From Negaprion brevirostris (taxonomy: Eukaryota), in the NCBI GenBank assembly GCA_030324005.1, contig JARDVH010000133.1, forward strand, positions 35,947,903 through 36,011,902: 64,000 bases of DNA, given 5' to 3'. Made by a program: the position numbers and the translations under genes. Shown here in pieces: positions 26,201-38,200 of this stretch (positions are counted from its first letter, which is position 1; every line of letters starts with the position of its first letter). The notes beneath the pieces are model-generated. The model worked only from the letters and a program-made list of their open reading frames with translations. It did not search any database and was not told where the DNA came from.

Positions 26201-29200
26201 ATTCTGCTTTAAATAATCTATTTGAAATTTCCCTTCATTTATTTTTAATATTTGCAGGTTTTTCTCATAAGGCCTACCTATTTTCTCATAGCTCATCAAA
26301 GTTGTGGAGAAAATAACTCAGTAGCAGTTGTGCTAGAATATCGGCCTCTCAAATTAGAGCCTTTAGTGTTTAATCTTTACTCCAAACATAAATTTTGTTC
26401 TTAGCAGGTGGGTTTGCCAGTTTTAAATGAGTTTGATGGGTTAGAAAGTTAGGGTTGATTAAGGGGTACTGATGGATCTTGTCCCTTTTAAATTAATCAT
26501 TAACTAATGATTAATAAACATCAGTAGTTTCAAACTCAATAACTAAAATATCATTTTTTTTGCATTATTCATGGTGAACATCACTTCTCTTCGCAATCTC
26601 TGAAGTACTTTGCATGATATTAATTAATTTGAGATGAGGTGTTTTTGACTAAGCAAATGCAACAACCAATTTATGTAATCCACAATAAGGATTTAAGCTA
26701 TTTTGTAGATAGTTCTCTGGTCTTTCACACCCTGCTGCTGCTAGCAAGAACAGAGAATTTGGAGCTCAGCCAGATCTTCATTCACTGCAGCAGAACTGGA
26801 GAATCCCAGCCCCAGGTGAAGTCAGACAATCTGACTTAATGATCAGGATTCTGCCAGCTCATTACACAACTCGAGCAGCATAGTGGGCCAGGAGACCACA
26901 GCGGGGAGGGTCTTTAGCAACATTCGTGATTGGTGTCTGGTCGACTGTAAGTCTCCAAGGCCTTGGCAATAAACTCAGCACTGGAAATCACCCCCTGCTG
27001 TGCCCCCAGCTGGGAGAGGTTTCCACCAGCAGGGTTTACAACTTTTGCCACTAATGAGAAACAGTGCCCATCTGGCACTGGGCAGTGTTAAGGGGGTGGG
27101 ACCTATTGGGGGGTGATTGGTTGTGGAGAGGGGAGATCCGTAGCCACTCTGCAAGTGGGATCAGTGGTGGAGGGAATGAGAGGGTGAGCGGGGCTGTTCA
27201 TCAGCGTGCAGTTGGTGGGGGCTGGCTCGGCTCAGGGTTGGCCACTAGAGGTTAGATCAGGGCTGGGAGGCCGGGAAGACTGATGACTGGGGAGATGTCG
27301 GTAGGCCAGCAATCAGGGTGGGGGTTCAGGGATAAACAGGAAGTTTGCGATCGGGAGGCTGGTAAGTGGGGGGGAGGGGCTGCCAAGTACACATGCAGAC
27401 CTCCCTACTGACAGATCAGCCCATGCACAGTGGCACGCTTAGCACTATGCTGCCAGCCTCTCGGACAGGATGAGGCCGAGCCCCCTACTTTCAAGCATGA
27501 ATCACTCTAAGGCACTCTGCATTGCACAGAATTGGAGATTCGTTCCAGTAAGTACGCCCAAAGAATGGGCAGGAAATTCTCCCATTTTCCTGCCATCAGA
27601 CACTTAGTTTTGTTTTGGGAGAATCCCAGCCAATATCTTTGCTTCGATTACTCACAGTAAATTGTGTAAACAGTCTCACACTGTGATGTTGCTGCTTCTC
27701 TCTTGCTGGCCTTCCTGTTTTGTCAGTGGCCAGCTCCCTATCCCACTCATCCCTATGTTTTGAAGTAGGGCAATTAAAATTTATAAGATGATCAAGAGTC
27801 CGAGGTGCACTGATCCTGAGTCGATTAACATTCTGCATAATCCTTGTGCTCTGTTGCCCATTTGTGCTTAATCGACTTACCCCAACCTTCTAACTATTGC
27901 GAGGACTTTGTTTCCCCCACACCCATACAACATTTTTTTTAAGTAGTATAAAAAATATGTATGCTGGTTCACTTAAGCTGATAACTATTTTTAAAGTGTT
28001 TAGAATCATTGGAGGTTGGTGTCAGCAACAGCACTTACAAAGAATGATTAGGAATTCCTGCATTGCAGAAGAGGCCATTAAGCCTGTTAAGTTTGCACCA
28101 ACTGTCTGATAAAGTATCTTACTCAAGCCCCCTGCGCTATCCCTGTAACCCCACACGTTTACCATGACTAATCTGTCTAACCTACACATCTTGGGACTCC
28201 AGGGAACAATTTATAACAGCCAATCCACCGAATTTGCACATCTTTGGACCGTGGGGGCTTCTGGTGGAAACCCGTGCAGACATGGGGAGAATGTGCAAAC
28301 TCTACAGAGTCACCCAAGGCTGGAATTGAACCTGGGTCTCTGGAGTTGAGATAGCAGTGCTAACCGCTGTGCCACCATATTTTTCTCCAGCAAGAAGCTA
28401 GAAACAGTAAAATGGGGTGGTTGGTGCTTGGTAAGGAGTGTGGGTCAGGCAAAGCAATGTTGAAATTTGCAGGCTGCTTCAGGCCAGTGTCACTGCATAT
28501 ACTTGAAAATGGCACTTTCAACATAAGCTAGGGGGACAGGGAGAGTGTGGGGGAAAGGTATAGATTGAACATTTTGGAAGGATTAAATACTAATTTTCTT
28601 GTTACAGTTATTTATGAATCTTACAAAAACATTACTAATTGTGACAACAGGACTTGGATGTAACAAGCAAATTTGGGAATTTGTGTGTTTTATTTATATT
28701 ATTTAAGTAAGGTTCTAGATTACCACCATGTTGCTTCATTTGGGTATAATGGACACAACATTAGCATGTAAAGTCACAAGTAAGCTGTTTTATTAGAGTT
28801 ATTCTCATTTCTGTAACATGAAATGAGCTTGATCATATTAAATCTTACAAGAGATGGATTGAAAATTAATAATTTCCAATACAGTTTGTGTTTTTTTACA
28901 TTGGTGATGGACTGTGAGAAAAGAAAACCCGTGTTTATAGATCAGCTTCTTTACAATTATAGAATCTATTTGGATCAGCTTCTGAATTTGGTTTTGAAAC
29001 ACCAAGACACAATGATAAATCATGGCTTGAATGGTTACCTTGAGTTTCTGTTTGGCTTGTGTAGAGTATTGGATTAAAAATGTTTGAGTTAACATATTTT
29101 TCTATGCACAGTTTGGCTGACAACTCAGAACCACAGCACCCTGGTAACTGAGACAACAGTCATTCCCTTTCTTCCTGTGAACCCAGAGTATTCATCAACT

Positions 29201-32200
29201 AGGAATCAGGCAAGTTTTCAGTAAATGCTTTGTTGCTGCAAGCACTGTCAACTTCATAAAATTGAGGAGCTAGTCAAATGAATTGTCATGTAGTCCAGTT
29301 GATATCTCTACGCTTTTTAGTATCATAAATGCAAGTAAATCAGCTTGTGGAAGAGAAGGAACAGATTAGCATTTAGCAACTGTCAATTCTACCGAATTTC
29401 CATACACAGTATGAACTTCCAGATATTTATTACTAGATCTGTGATACGTTGCCAACAATTTCTGTTCAAAATTTTTAGTGACAAAATGGTATTGCAGACA
29501 TGAGTCATTATGGTCTATGTCTTGTTAATGCAGGGGAGCAGCTCACCTGTTTTACGGAGGTAAAATTCAGGCCTAGCTTTTTAATTTGCTGCCGAGAAGA
29601 AGCTAACATTTACTTTTCCATGATGTAAATTCAGGAAATCCGGTTCTGGAGATTTGATTGTCAGAAAATTACTGTCCCCATTTACAACATTGCTGCTAAG
29701 ATGATGTTCACATTCAAACTCATGCCTGTACTTTTAAATTGCAGGGAAGACAAAAGCTGGCGCGGTTTAACGCTCATGAGTTTGCCACTCTAGTCATTGA
29801 TATTTTAAGTGATGCCAAACGGAGACAACTAGGGAATCCAATCACTAGCCCCAAAGGTATGTGTGCTTCCATTAATTTAAAATATATCCACTTTTTAAAA
29901 AGCATTGCGCTGGAGTCTGTATTAAAATGCAAAATTGTAATAAACTATTTCCATTCAGTATGCATGTATTGTGAATCTGTACCAACAATACCATTTTCTA
30001 AAGATCAGTTGTTTGCTTAACAGTTAGGAAAATTAGCAGAGTTTTTTTGCATTATTCATTTTTCATTTATTGTGGGTCATTGCAAATGACAGTCTGTGTA
30101 TTGGCTGACCATTCTGTAATAACCATCACAATAAAACTAAATGAATATAATGCCCCAAAAGTTGTGAAATGTGTGTTGTCAAAAGAACAAGCAAGAGTTT
30201 TAGAAGGTGTAATTTATTCAATTTAAGACTGTTGAAACACCTGTATCTGAGATTTGTTTTGTGATCACCTTCAATTATCTATTTTCTCTATTATTTGTTT
30301 AGAGTTTAATCTTTTTCATTTTCATTGTTATCATAAAATCAGATGAGACATTTTGAACCTTTTAAGCAGCTTCTTATACTTTATTCAACAGTTTGCTGTT
30401 TGAATTATTACCATACATGCTGTACTTTGTTTTATCCAGCGTTATGCTGTATATTTGACTTGGCAATGTCGTGTACTCTGTCTAAGCATCATATGTATTT
30501 TCTGAAAGAACCATGTGTCCTTCACAAATCAATTCAAGTTGACTTACTGTCCGTTACCTGTTTAATTGGAAAATCCTAGATGAAACTCCAAGACTAATAG
30601 TGCAGTTCAGCATTAAATCTGAAAACATTAGGAGAGACAGAAGTACGTGCATTTTTTTAAGCACCTATCACAACCTCAGGAGATCCAAAAGCCCTTTACA
30701 GCAATGAAGTACATCTTTTTTTAAGTTTAGTAACTGTTGTAATACAGAAAACACAGTGCCAATTTGTATAGCACTAAGTCCCAGGAATAGTAGTGTGGTG
30801 TGGTGAAGGCCAGGTAATTTTTTTTATTGTAGCAAATTGAGGGATTAGAATTGGCCAGAACACCGGAGAGAACTTGCCCTTCTCTGTAAAAGTGCCCTGA
30901 GATCTTTTATTCTGAAAGTGCAGGCGGAGGGTGGAATCTTGTTGAAATGGCCTTGGCCTGGAGAGCTGGCAAAAGAGCTGCATTGCCTCTTTTCAGGATG
31001 GCATCTGACCCACAAGACAGTTGGGTAGCATTGAGGCTAGCGACAAGCCTCCCTCTGGAATCTGTAAGCCTCATCAATCAGAGCTTTGCACCTCTTTGTG
31101 CTCACGGTGCCACAGGCCAGGTGTTGGCTGCTGCAGGAAAAACAGTTCAGAATTGTGGAGCGACCCAGGCCATAGGCAAGTATGGTAAGGGGATGGTTCC
31201 ACAGGATGGGAATTGGAGGAGACAGATGTAGAGAAGTTGATAGCAAAGGTGTGGTGTGGCCCTTAGTACCCAGACACCTCCCTCACAATTGTCTCTGAAT
31301 CAGGCACTGAATGTCTTTGATTGAGGCCCCCCTCCTGGAGGTGACAGGCTGGCTGCTCAGTTCAGCCTGTTGTGTACAGTGTACGTTGGCAAGCCTGCCT
31401 GCCCCTAGGTTAATGCCAGCCGCAGATGTAAGNNNNNNNNNNNNNNNNNNNNNNNNNNNNNNNNNNNNNNNNNNNNNNNNNNNNNNNNNNNNNNNNNNNN
31501 NNNNNNNNNNNNNNNNNNNNNNNNNNNNNNNNAGGGCCTTGTAGAGGTGACAGGGTAGGAAGGTCAACCATGGGCCTTCCTGCCCAGAATTTAATTCTGA
31601 TAGAGGTGAGAAAGTGATGGGTTCTGGTACATTATCATCCTACAATTACATATCCTTCCCACCTCCAAGCTCACCACCGATGAGAGCACAAGATTCTGCC
31701 GCCCACTGTCTGTGTTTTAATATCTTATCCAAAAGACCACCTCCCACAATGTGATAGAATCCATGTATTTCTGACTCAAAGGTGTGAATATGGTAATTGA
31801 GCCACAACTGATAGTCTGAGAGGATAGAGCAAATCAAGAAATAGAGATTTGATTATGTCAAATTTAAATTTTAAAAGCTCGCATATTGTCGGAGAGCAGA
31901 AAAAAAGATTGAAGTGAGGAGATGCACAGTTTTGACTTCTGAGGGAAGAAAAATGAATTGCACAAATGTGCGTTAATTCTTGATTTAAATACAGTGAGGA
32001 AGCTGGGGGGGGCACAGCATTTCTGGGGATGCTACATTAAGAACAGCAAGGAAAGATTCAGAATTTAGCTAAAAATGCAAATAGTGATTTTCCATTTTGT
32101 AATCGCCTCCTGGCCGCTTTCCGACGTGGAGCTGATTACGCTGGAAATCTTAGTCTCAGAGACTCGCAGGGGCCATGACGCCCAGCAGTAATCCCGCGAA

Positions 32201-35200
32201 ATGGCCCCTGTTGATGTCTCCTGACCCGCAGTGCTACTGGAGCAGCTGGAAGATCGCCCCTTGTATGTCAAAAAACAACGGACAACTTTTCACAAAACAA
32301 TGGTGTAAGGAAGAAATGAGCCAGGGATTTGAAACCAGGGTTTTTTTAGTCTGAGAGCTGAAGTTTACACTGGCTCCTGAATTTGCTCAAATGTTGATGC
32401 TGCTGTCTGACTGTGATTGCTGCTAAGATGTGGCCCACATTCTGTATTTAATCTCATTGAACTGCTTTATTGCACTAAATTTCACAATGTGTGGTCAATT
32501 TTATCATACTTATTAGCATTGTGNNNNNNNNGTGCTGTATCACTGCAAGCCCCATTATCTTATTCTTAACTCTTAATGGAGCTAACACTTATTGTATTGA
32601 GGAAATAAAGGAAAGGGTGCATTAAAGAATGATCCCAAGTCTTAAGTGGTTGGAAAAATTAGAGAATCTCAAGCTGAACAGCCTGAAGAATGAGGTTAAG
32701 GTTGGATCAATCAGACTAAACAGTATTGATGGGATAAATATTCCAGTTAACTCGTAGAACCAAAAATGGTAATTTCAGCAAAAAATACGTAATTGATAAA
32801 TGTTTTTAATAACTTACCAGAACAAGGTATTAATCATAGAATCCCTACAGTACAGAAGGAGGCCATTCAGCCTACTGAGTCTGACCCGACCACAATCTCA
32901 ACTAGGCCCTATTCCTGTAATACCACATATTTATCCTGTCAATCCCCCTGACACTAGGGTTAATTTAACATGGCCAATCAACCTAACCTGTACATCTTTG
33001 GTCTCTAACAATTAAAGATGAGGGTGTTGAGCATTCAAGATGCATTTAGATGCTGGAAGTTGGGCTTTCTTGGGTGAATTGCTCATCAATGACTATTATA
33101 AAAATGATCACAATCCATTTCCCCCATTATTTGTGGAGAAGTCATTATATTTCTTCCTAAGTCAGAAATTAGTGGTTGTTGACAAGGGTTCCATTTCAAT
33201 TGAACCATGGGCAAAACAACTGCAAAGGTGATCATTACCAGGGAGTGATGCAATCCATGATGTAATCACAGGCATTCTGGTGCATTCTGATCTTCATGCT
33301 AGATGTTGCTGTTGTCTGTAGTTGCATAAAGACTGTATAACAAGTAAATTCTCTCCAATCATTGAAGTTCTCTTGATCATTTTTTTCACTCTTGGACCAA
33401 TATTGTGAAAACTGTTCTGTTTTCTTTCCTTATTAACACAGATAATGTGGAACTTGTACTGAAGAGTGTTAATGATCGCCATGGCAGTGAGAGCCATGAT
33501 AACGATCAGCCAGATTACGACAGTGTTGCTTCAGATGAAGATACGGATCAGGAACCAACAGCTAAAGCAATCAGAGCAAAGGTACCTCTACTGTGTCATT
33601 TTAATGTAGTTCACGATAAATGGCGCCCTGATATTAATTGTACTACTCCTGAATCATGTCCAAAATTAATAAGGAACATCAAATTTCAGTTCATTTCTGA
33701 AGAAGTGTATAATGCTATGCATATCAATGTTATTCATAAATATTTGAACGTATAAGAGGAGGGAAAGCTAGTTGAGTGTCTTAAATTTAGAGTACTCTCC
33801 ATTTTTCATCGAAATAAACAAGTTTTCCAGGATACTTTTTTTAAACAATTGTCACCATGGGACATTCCAAAGTTGAGATTCTACCCCTGCTTGGTGGTTC
33901 TTGTGATATCGTTTGCTGAGAATGATCTATCATATCCAACTGCAGCTCTGTTGCAAGCAGCAACGGTTGGGATTTCAGATATGCATGAAATCTCTTCCAG
34001 AATCTTCCAAAAGTAAGAAGCTGCACTTGGTGTTGCTTTTCCATGCTAATCAATAAGATTGTACATGTTGACAATCCTGTGTTTGGTTCTCTCAAAGCTT
34101 CAACAACATGGATATATTTTCAGTCTCACATGTCAACAAACAAGTTTTATTTGATTTTTAAAAAAAATATATAGTTTCATCCTTTGTTATAAATCCAACC
34201 ATTTTGTTTGTGGACAGTGACTTGGAGGAACCAACTGTCTTTGACTTTGAGATTAAGTGGAAGTGATTATAAAGCTGTAATCTCAAGCAGCTTCACATTG
34301 TTGTGGTAAAACCTCACATTTTCTTGTTACAGTTTGATTCAAATCTATTCAGTGTGTTCACTACTATTATAAGTCAACTATTCTTTTAACAGCTTAAAAA
34401 TCCAAATGGTATCTCATTTGAATCCGTTCATTCTGTGTTTTAACATTTAATGTCATGACCCCAATGGCCTTTTGGCACCTTCCTACCCATTCTACCAGTC
34501 AAGTTCAGTAAGGAAGAATTGTTGTAGTGAAATGAGTAAAAATGATTTTAGCAAAGAGAATCACCGCAGCTTTAAGTTCCAAAAATGTGATTCTTTTAAC
34601 CGTATCTGCAAAGAAATAGAATTTTGTTCACTGGTTGCACTTCTTATTGTAGAGCATGGACTCTGATCTGTCAGACGGACCAATTACATTACAGGAATAC
34701 ATGGAGGTAAAAAACGCACTAAGTGCTTCTGAAGCAAAGATACAGCAACTGATGAAAGTGAACAGCAACTTAAGTGATGAGCTACGTTTGATGCAAAAAA
34801 AAGTAAGAATAACTTTTTCAGACACTGAGTTCATTTAGTATATTCTGTAGCTCAGGGTCAGTAGTAAATTTTGAGAGATAAAGACTTTCATTTTGTAGCT
34901 TTGAGAATTACTCAAGTATGTATTTGATTTTCCTTTTGCTCCTTCATTTGGAGCAGTGTGGTGGTGGGATTGAGGATTTTGACCTAAATAAACATCAAAA
35001 ATCAAGAAAACAGTACTGTAATGCATTTCTGATCTCAAATTTCTCTTAGAAATTTCATTTTGTTCCTCCCCCCTCTACCACCACCACTTTCATATTGTAA
35101 TTTTCTGTACCATACATGGCTTGGGGAGATGCTGACTTGGTGAAAATTAGGTTAATTCTAGCCATATTTCAGTTCCAAGGTTTTATTTTGAGTCTGAAGT

Positions 35201-38200
35201 CACTGAGTACTTCAACCATAGCACACAATTGCAGTGGCCTTTACTGGCTAACTTCATAGTGCAAAGCATTCTCGTCAAGATCATCATTGTTTTCCATTTC
35301 TACTTTTTCCAGAATCACAGTATCCATTCTGAATTGGAGGGGGTTGGGTGGAGTGCAAAGCTGAATATGTTACAACAGATTATATCTTAGAAAAGTCTTG
35401 TACAATTTGATTGTTGTGGCCCTAGTATTATAGTGAATGACAACATTATACAGCACAGAAGCATGTCATTGAATCCATCCTGCTTATGCCATCTCTCTGA
35501 ATGAGCTATTCTGCTCATTCGTACTACTTTGCTCTTTCCTTATAGTTCTGCAATTACTTTCCCTTTCAAGTACAATTGCAATTCCCTATGGTTACTATTC
35601 GATCTGCTTGCACCACCCCTCTAAGTAGTGCACTACAACCTTGAACCATGATTTTCTTGACTGCAGCTTCCTGATATCATGTTTGTGCTTTGAGAGTGGC
35701 CATCAATCACTTAGCAGTTTTCTTTTCATTTGTCTAAAATTCTAACCATGCTACATTTCCTTTATTTTCATTCATGTGTAGTATGAAATGTTTGCCTGTA
35801 TTAAAAACCATCTGCCAATCTAGAGTCCTCTTCCCCAACTCATTTCATCCACTTGCAGCGATCCATTTTGTTCTTTTGCTAATCTTTAAACTCTTCTAAG
35901 TTATTGACTGTTACACAATTTGGTGTTATCTAAACATTAATCACTACGCTGTAAGGCCTCTCCTGTCATATTGAACATTCATGTTCAGAAGAGACCGTAA
36001 TACTGAGCCTGGGGTTGCGACTGGACCCCTGTAGGAAGCTACCTCCTTTAAAATTATTCTTTAATTACGGACCATGCCCTAAAATAATGTAGAATGGAAG
36101 TTATTCTTTAATTTGTAAAGGTCAATTTTTAATCTTTCCCAAGTTTTAACACTTCCTCACTGGGGAGAGATGCTTAAATGGCATACTTATTTCTTCCTTT
36201 CAGACTGAATTCCAAGTAATTTGTATTTCTATTTGGTTCATTCCTGGCTTTTCTCTGTAATAGTAGGAAACACATTTGCAATGTTAATGTAAGCATTACT
36301 TGTGTCTAAAAAAACTTTAAAACTTTTAGGAAATCAAAAATATAATTAGCTCCCTGTGAAATTATTGCACACTTTTGTTTGCAGAATGTTTTAGGATTTA
36401 AATGTTCCCATTTCAAACAAAGTGCTTCTATGCAAGTGAAAAGATAAGGAATTTGTTAGCCTGTCTTATCTCACATTGGTGGAAGTCCCTTGTCCCGGTT
36501 AGCCTGTCTTATCTTACGTTGGAAGGTCCCTAGTCCTGGTTGTTCTGTCTTATCTCACGTTGAAGGATCCCTGGTCCTGGTTAGTCTGTCTTATCTTACC
36601 TTAGCCCTGGTTCAGCGGGAGTTATCTCTCTTAGTCCTTTTTGGCTTGAGCACAGGAAGGTATATAGACAAAAACTGACAGGTTTTTTAAAGGAAGAATT
36701 ATGATGGCATACGTTTACCAACACTGAAGGTTAGAATGAGGAAGTAGATAAGTTTAAACTGAGAAAGATTGCTCACCAATGTGGAGAGGTGTAGAATGCT
36801 CATTATTTGTATAGTTATGCAAGGAGTGTGTTTTTGCTCATTGAATTAAGTGAGTTTAATCATAACTATTGCTGCTTATATTCGTTTGCAGTAATTTGAA
36901 GCAACTTAAGGCTTCCTTTTCTCTGTCTACCTTTGAAAAGGTTGGAGAAGACACAAACATTCAATTAATCTACTCAGTTATCCTGTTGCTTTATTTCTAG
37001 GTTGTGCTATTGTATGGCTGCATATTGAGCAGTAAAGGAATAGACCTGAATATTAAGCCTCAAACTTTTTTTTACTGATTCATGGGATATGAGCATTATT
37101 GAGGAGGCCAGCATTTGTTGCCATTCGTAACTGTTTTTGAGAAGGTGGTGGTGAGCTGCCTTCTTGAACTGCTGCAGTTGATTTGGTGTAGCTACTTCTA
37201 TTGGGAAGGGAGTGCTTGGTGAGAGTGAAGAAACAGCAAATATCATTCCAGTCAGGGTATTGTGCGGCTTGGAGTGGAACTTGCAGATGATTGTGTTCCA
37301 GTCCTTGGCCTTGTCCTTTAGTTGGTAGAGGTCATGGGTTAGGAAAGTGTTATCAAGTGAAACTCGACTGAAGTAGCACTGCTGTAGCTGAAAAAATTAA
37401 AAATTCAAGACCCAACTTATCAACACCTCACAATTCCACTTCAGCAATTCCCCAAAAGAAGTTTTCTGTGACATGTTTAATGCAGAAAAGGCAGCTGTTT
37501 TAATAATATCAAGCTGGCTGATCAGAAAGTGAAATCTCAATAGTGATAATTCAATGAGTGATGATTAAAAATTAATCATCATCTGACGCAGATATAATCT
37601 GTTCAGGGACTTGAAGCTCAGTGGAGAAGGAAATACAATAACCATTTTACAATAGCTGTCAGACAGTAGCAGGATCTGAAATTACAGCATGTGTGGTTGA
37701 GAAATGTAATGGAAGCTTTTTATACAGCCTCTGAAGGAGAGGGAGGGGAAACCTGAGCAGTTCAGTTCAGTGATTCATGAAAATGTCAGAGCAGTTTACA
37801 GGGAATAGAATGACATTTCCAAAACAGTGTTTTTTTTAAAATTGCTTTTGCAGACAACACTAAACCTTCCTTTTCACTTTCTTCTCCCTTGTACAAGAGG
37901 TTAGAGTAATTTCATACTCATTTGTATTGGTTGTCAAAATTAAAGACAGCCAGAATTCTCTGAACTGAAATTTAATCTGCCTTCTTCTGTCTCATTCACC
38001 AACTAATAGGTTGGAACTGACAGATTGTTTAACCCTGGTGAAATATTTTAAAACGTGCAGTCTCCTGTAAGAGTGAACAGCCCCCATTAAACATTTTTAA
38101 GACTTAAGATACTTTTAAAGTTTTAATTGGATCAAGAGTTCATAACCAAACACAATCTCCATTCAACATAAAAGCTGTTTTTTTTTTCGGTATAACCATT

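Noticed and set aside
36455-36600. Regularly spaced repeats resembling a CRISPR array
   Set aside because: The intervening sequences are similar to each other, the context is a vertebrate intron and there are no cas genes; it is a minisatellite.
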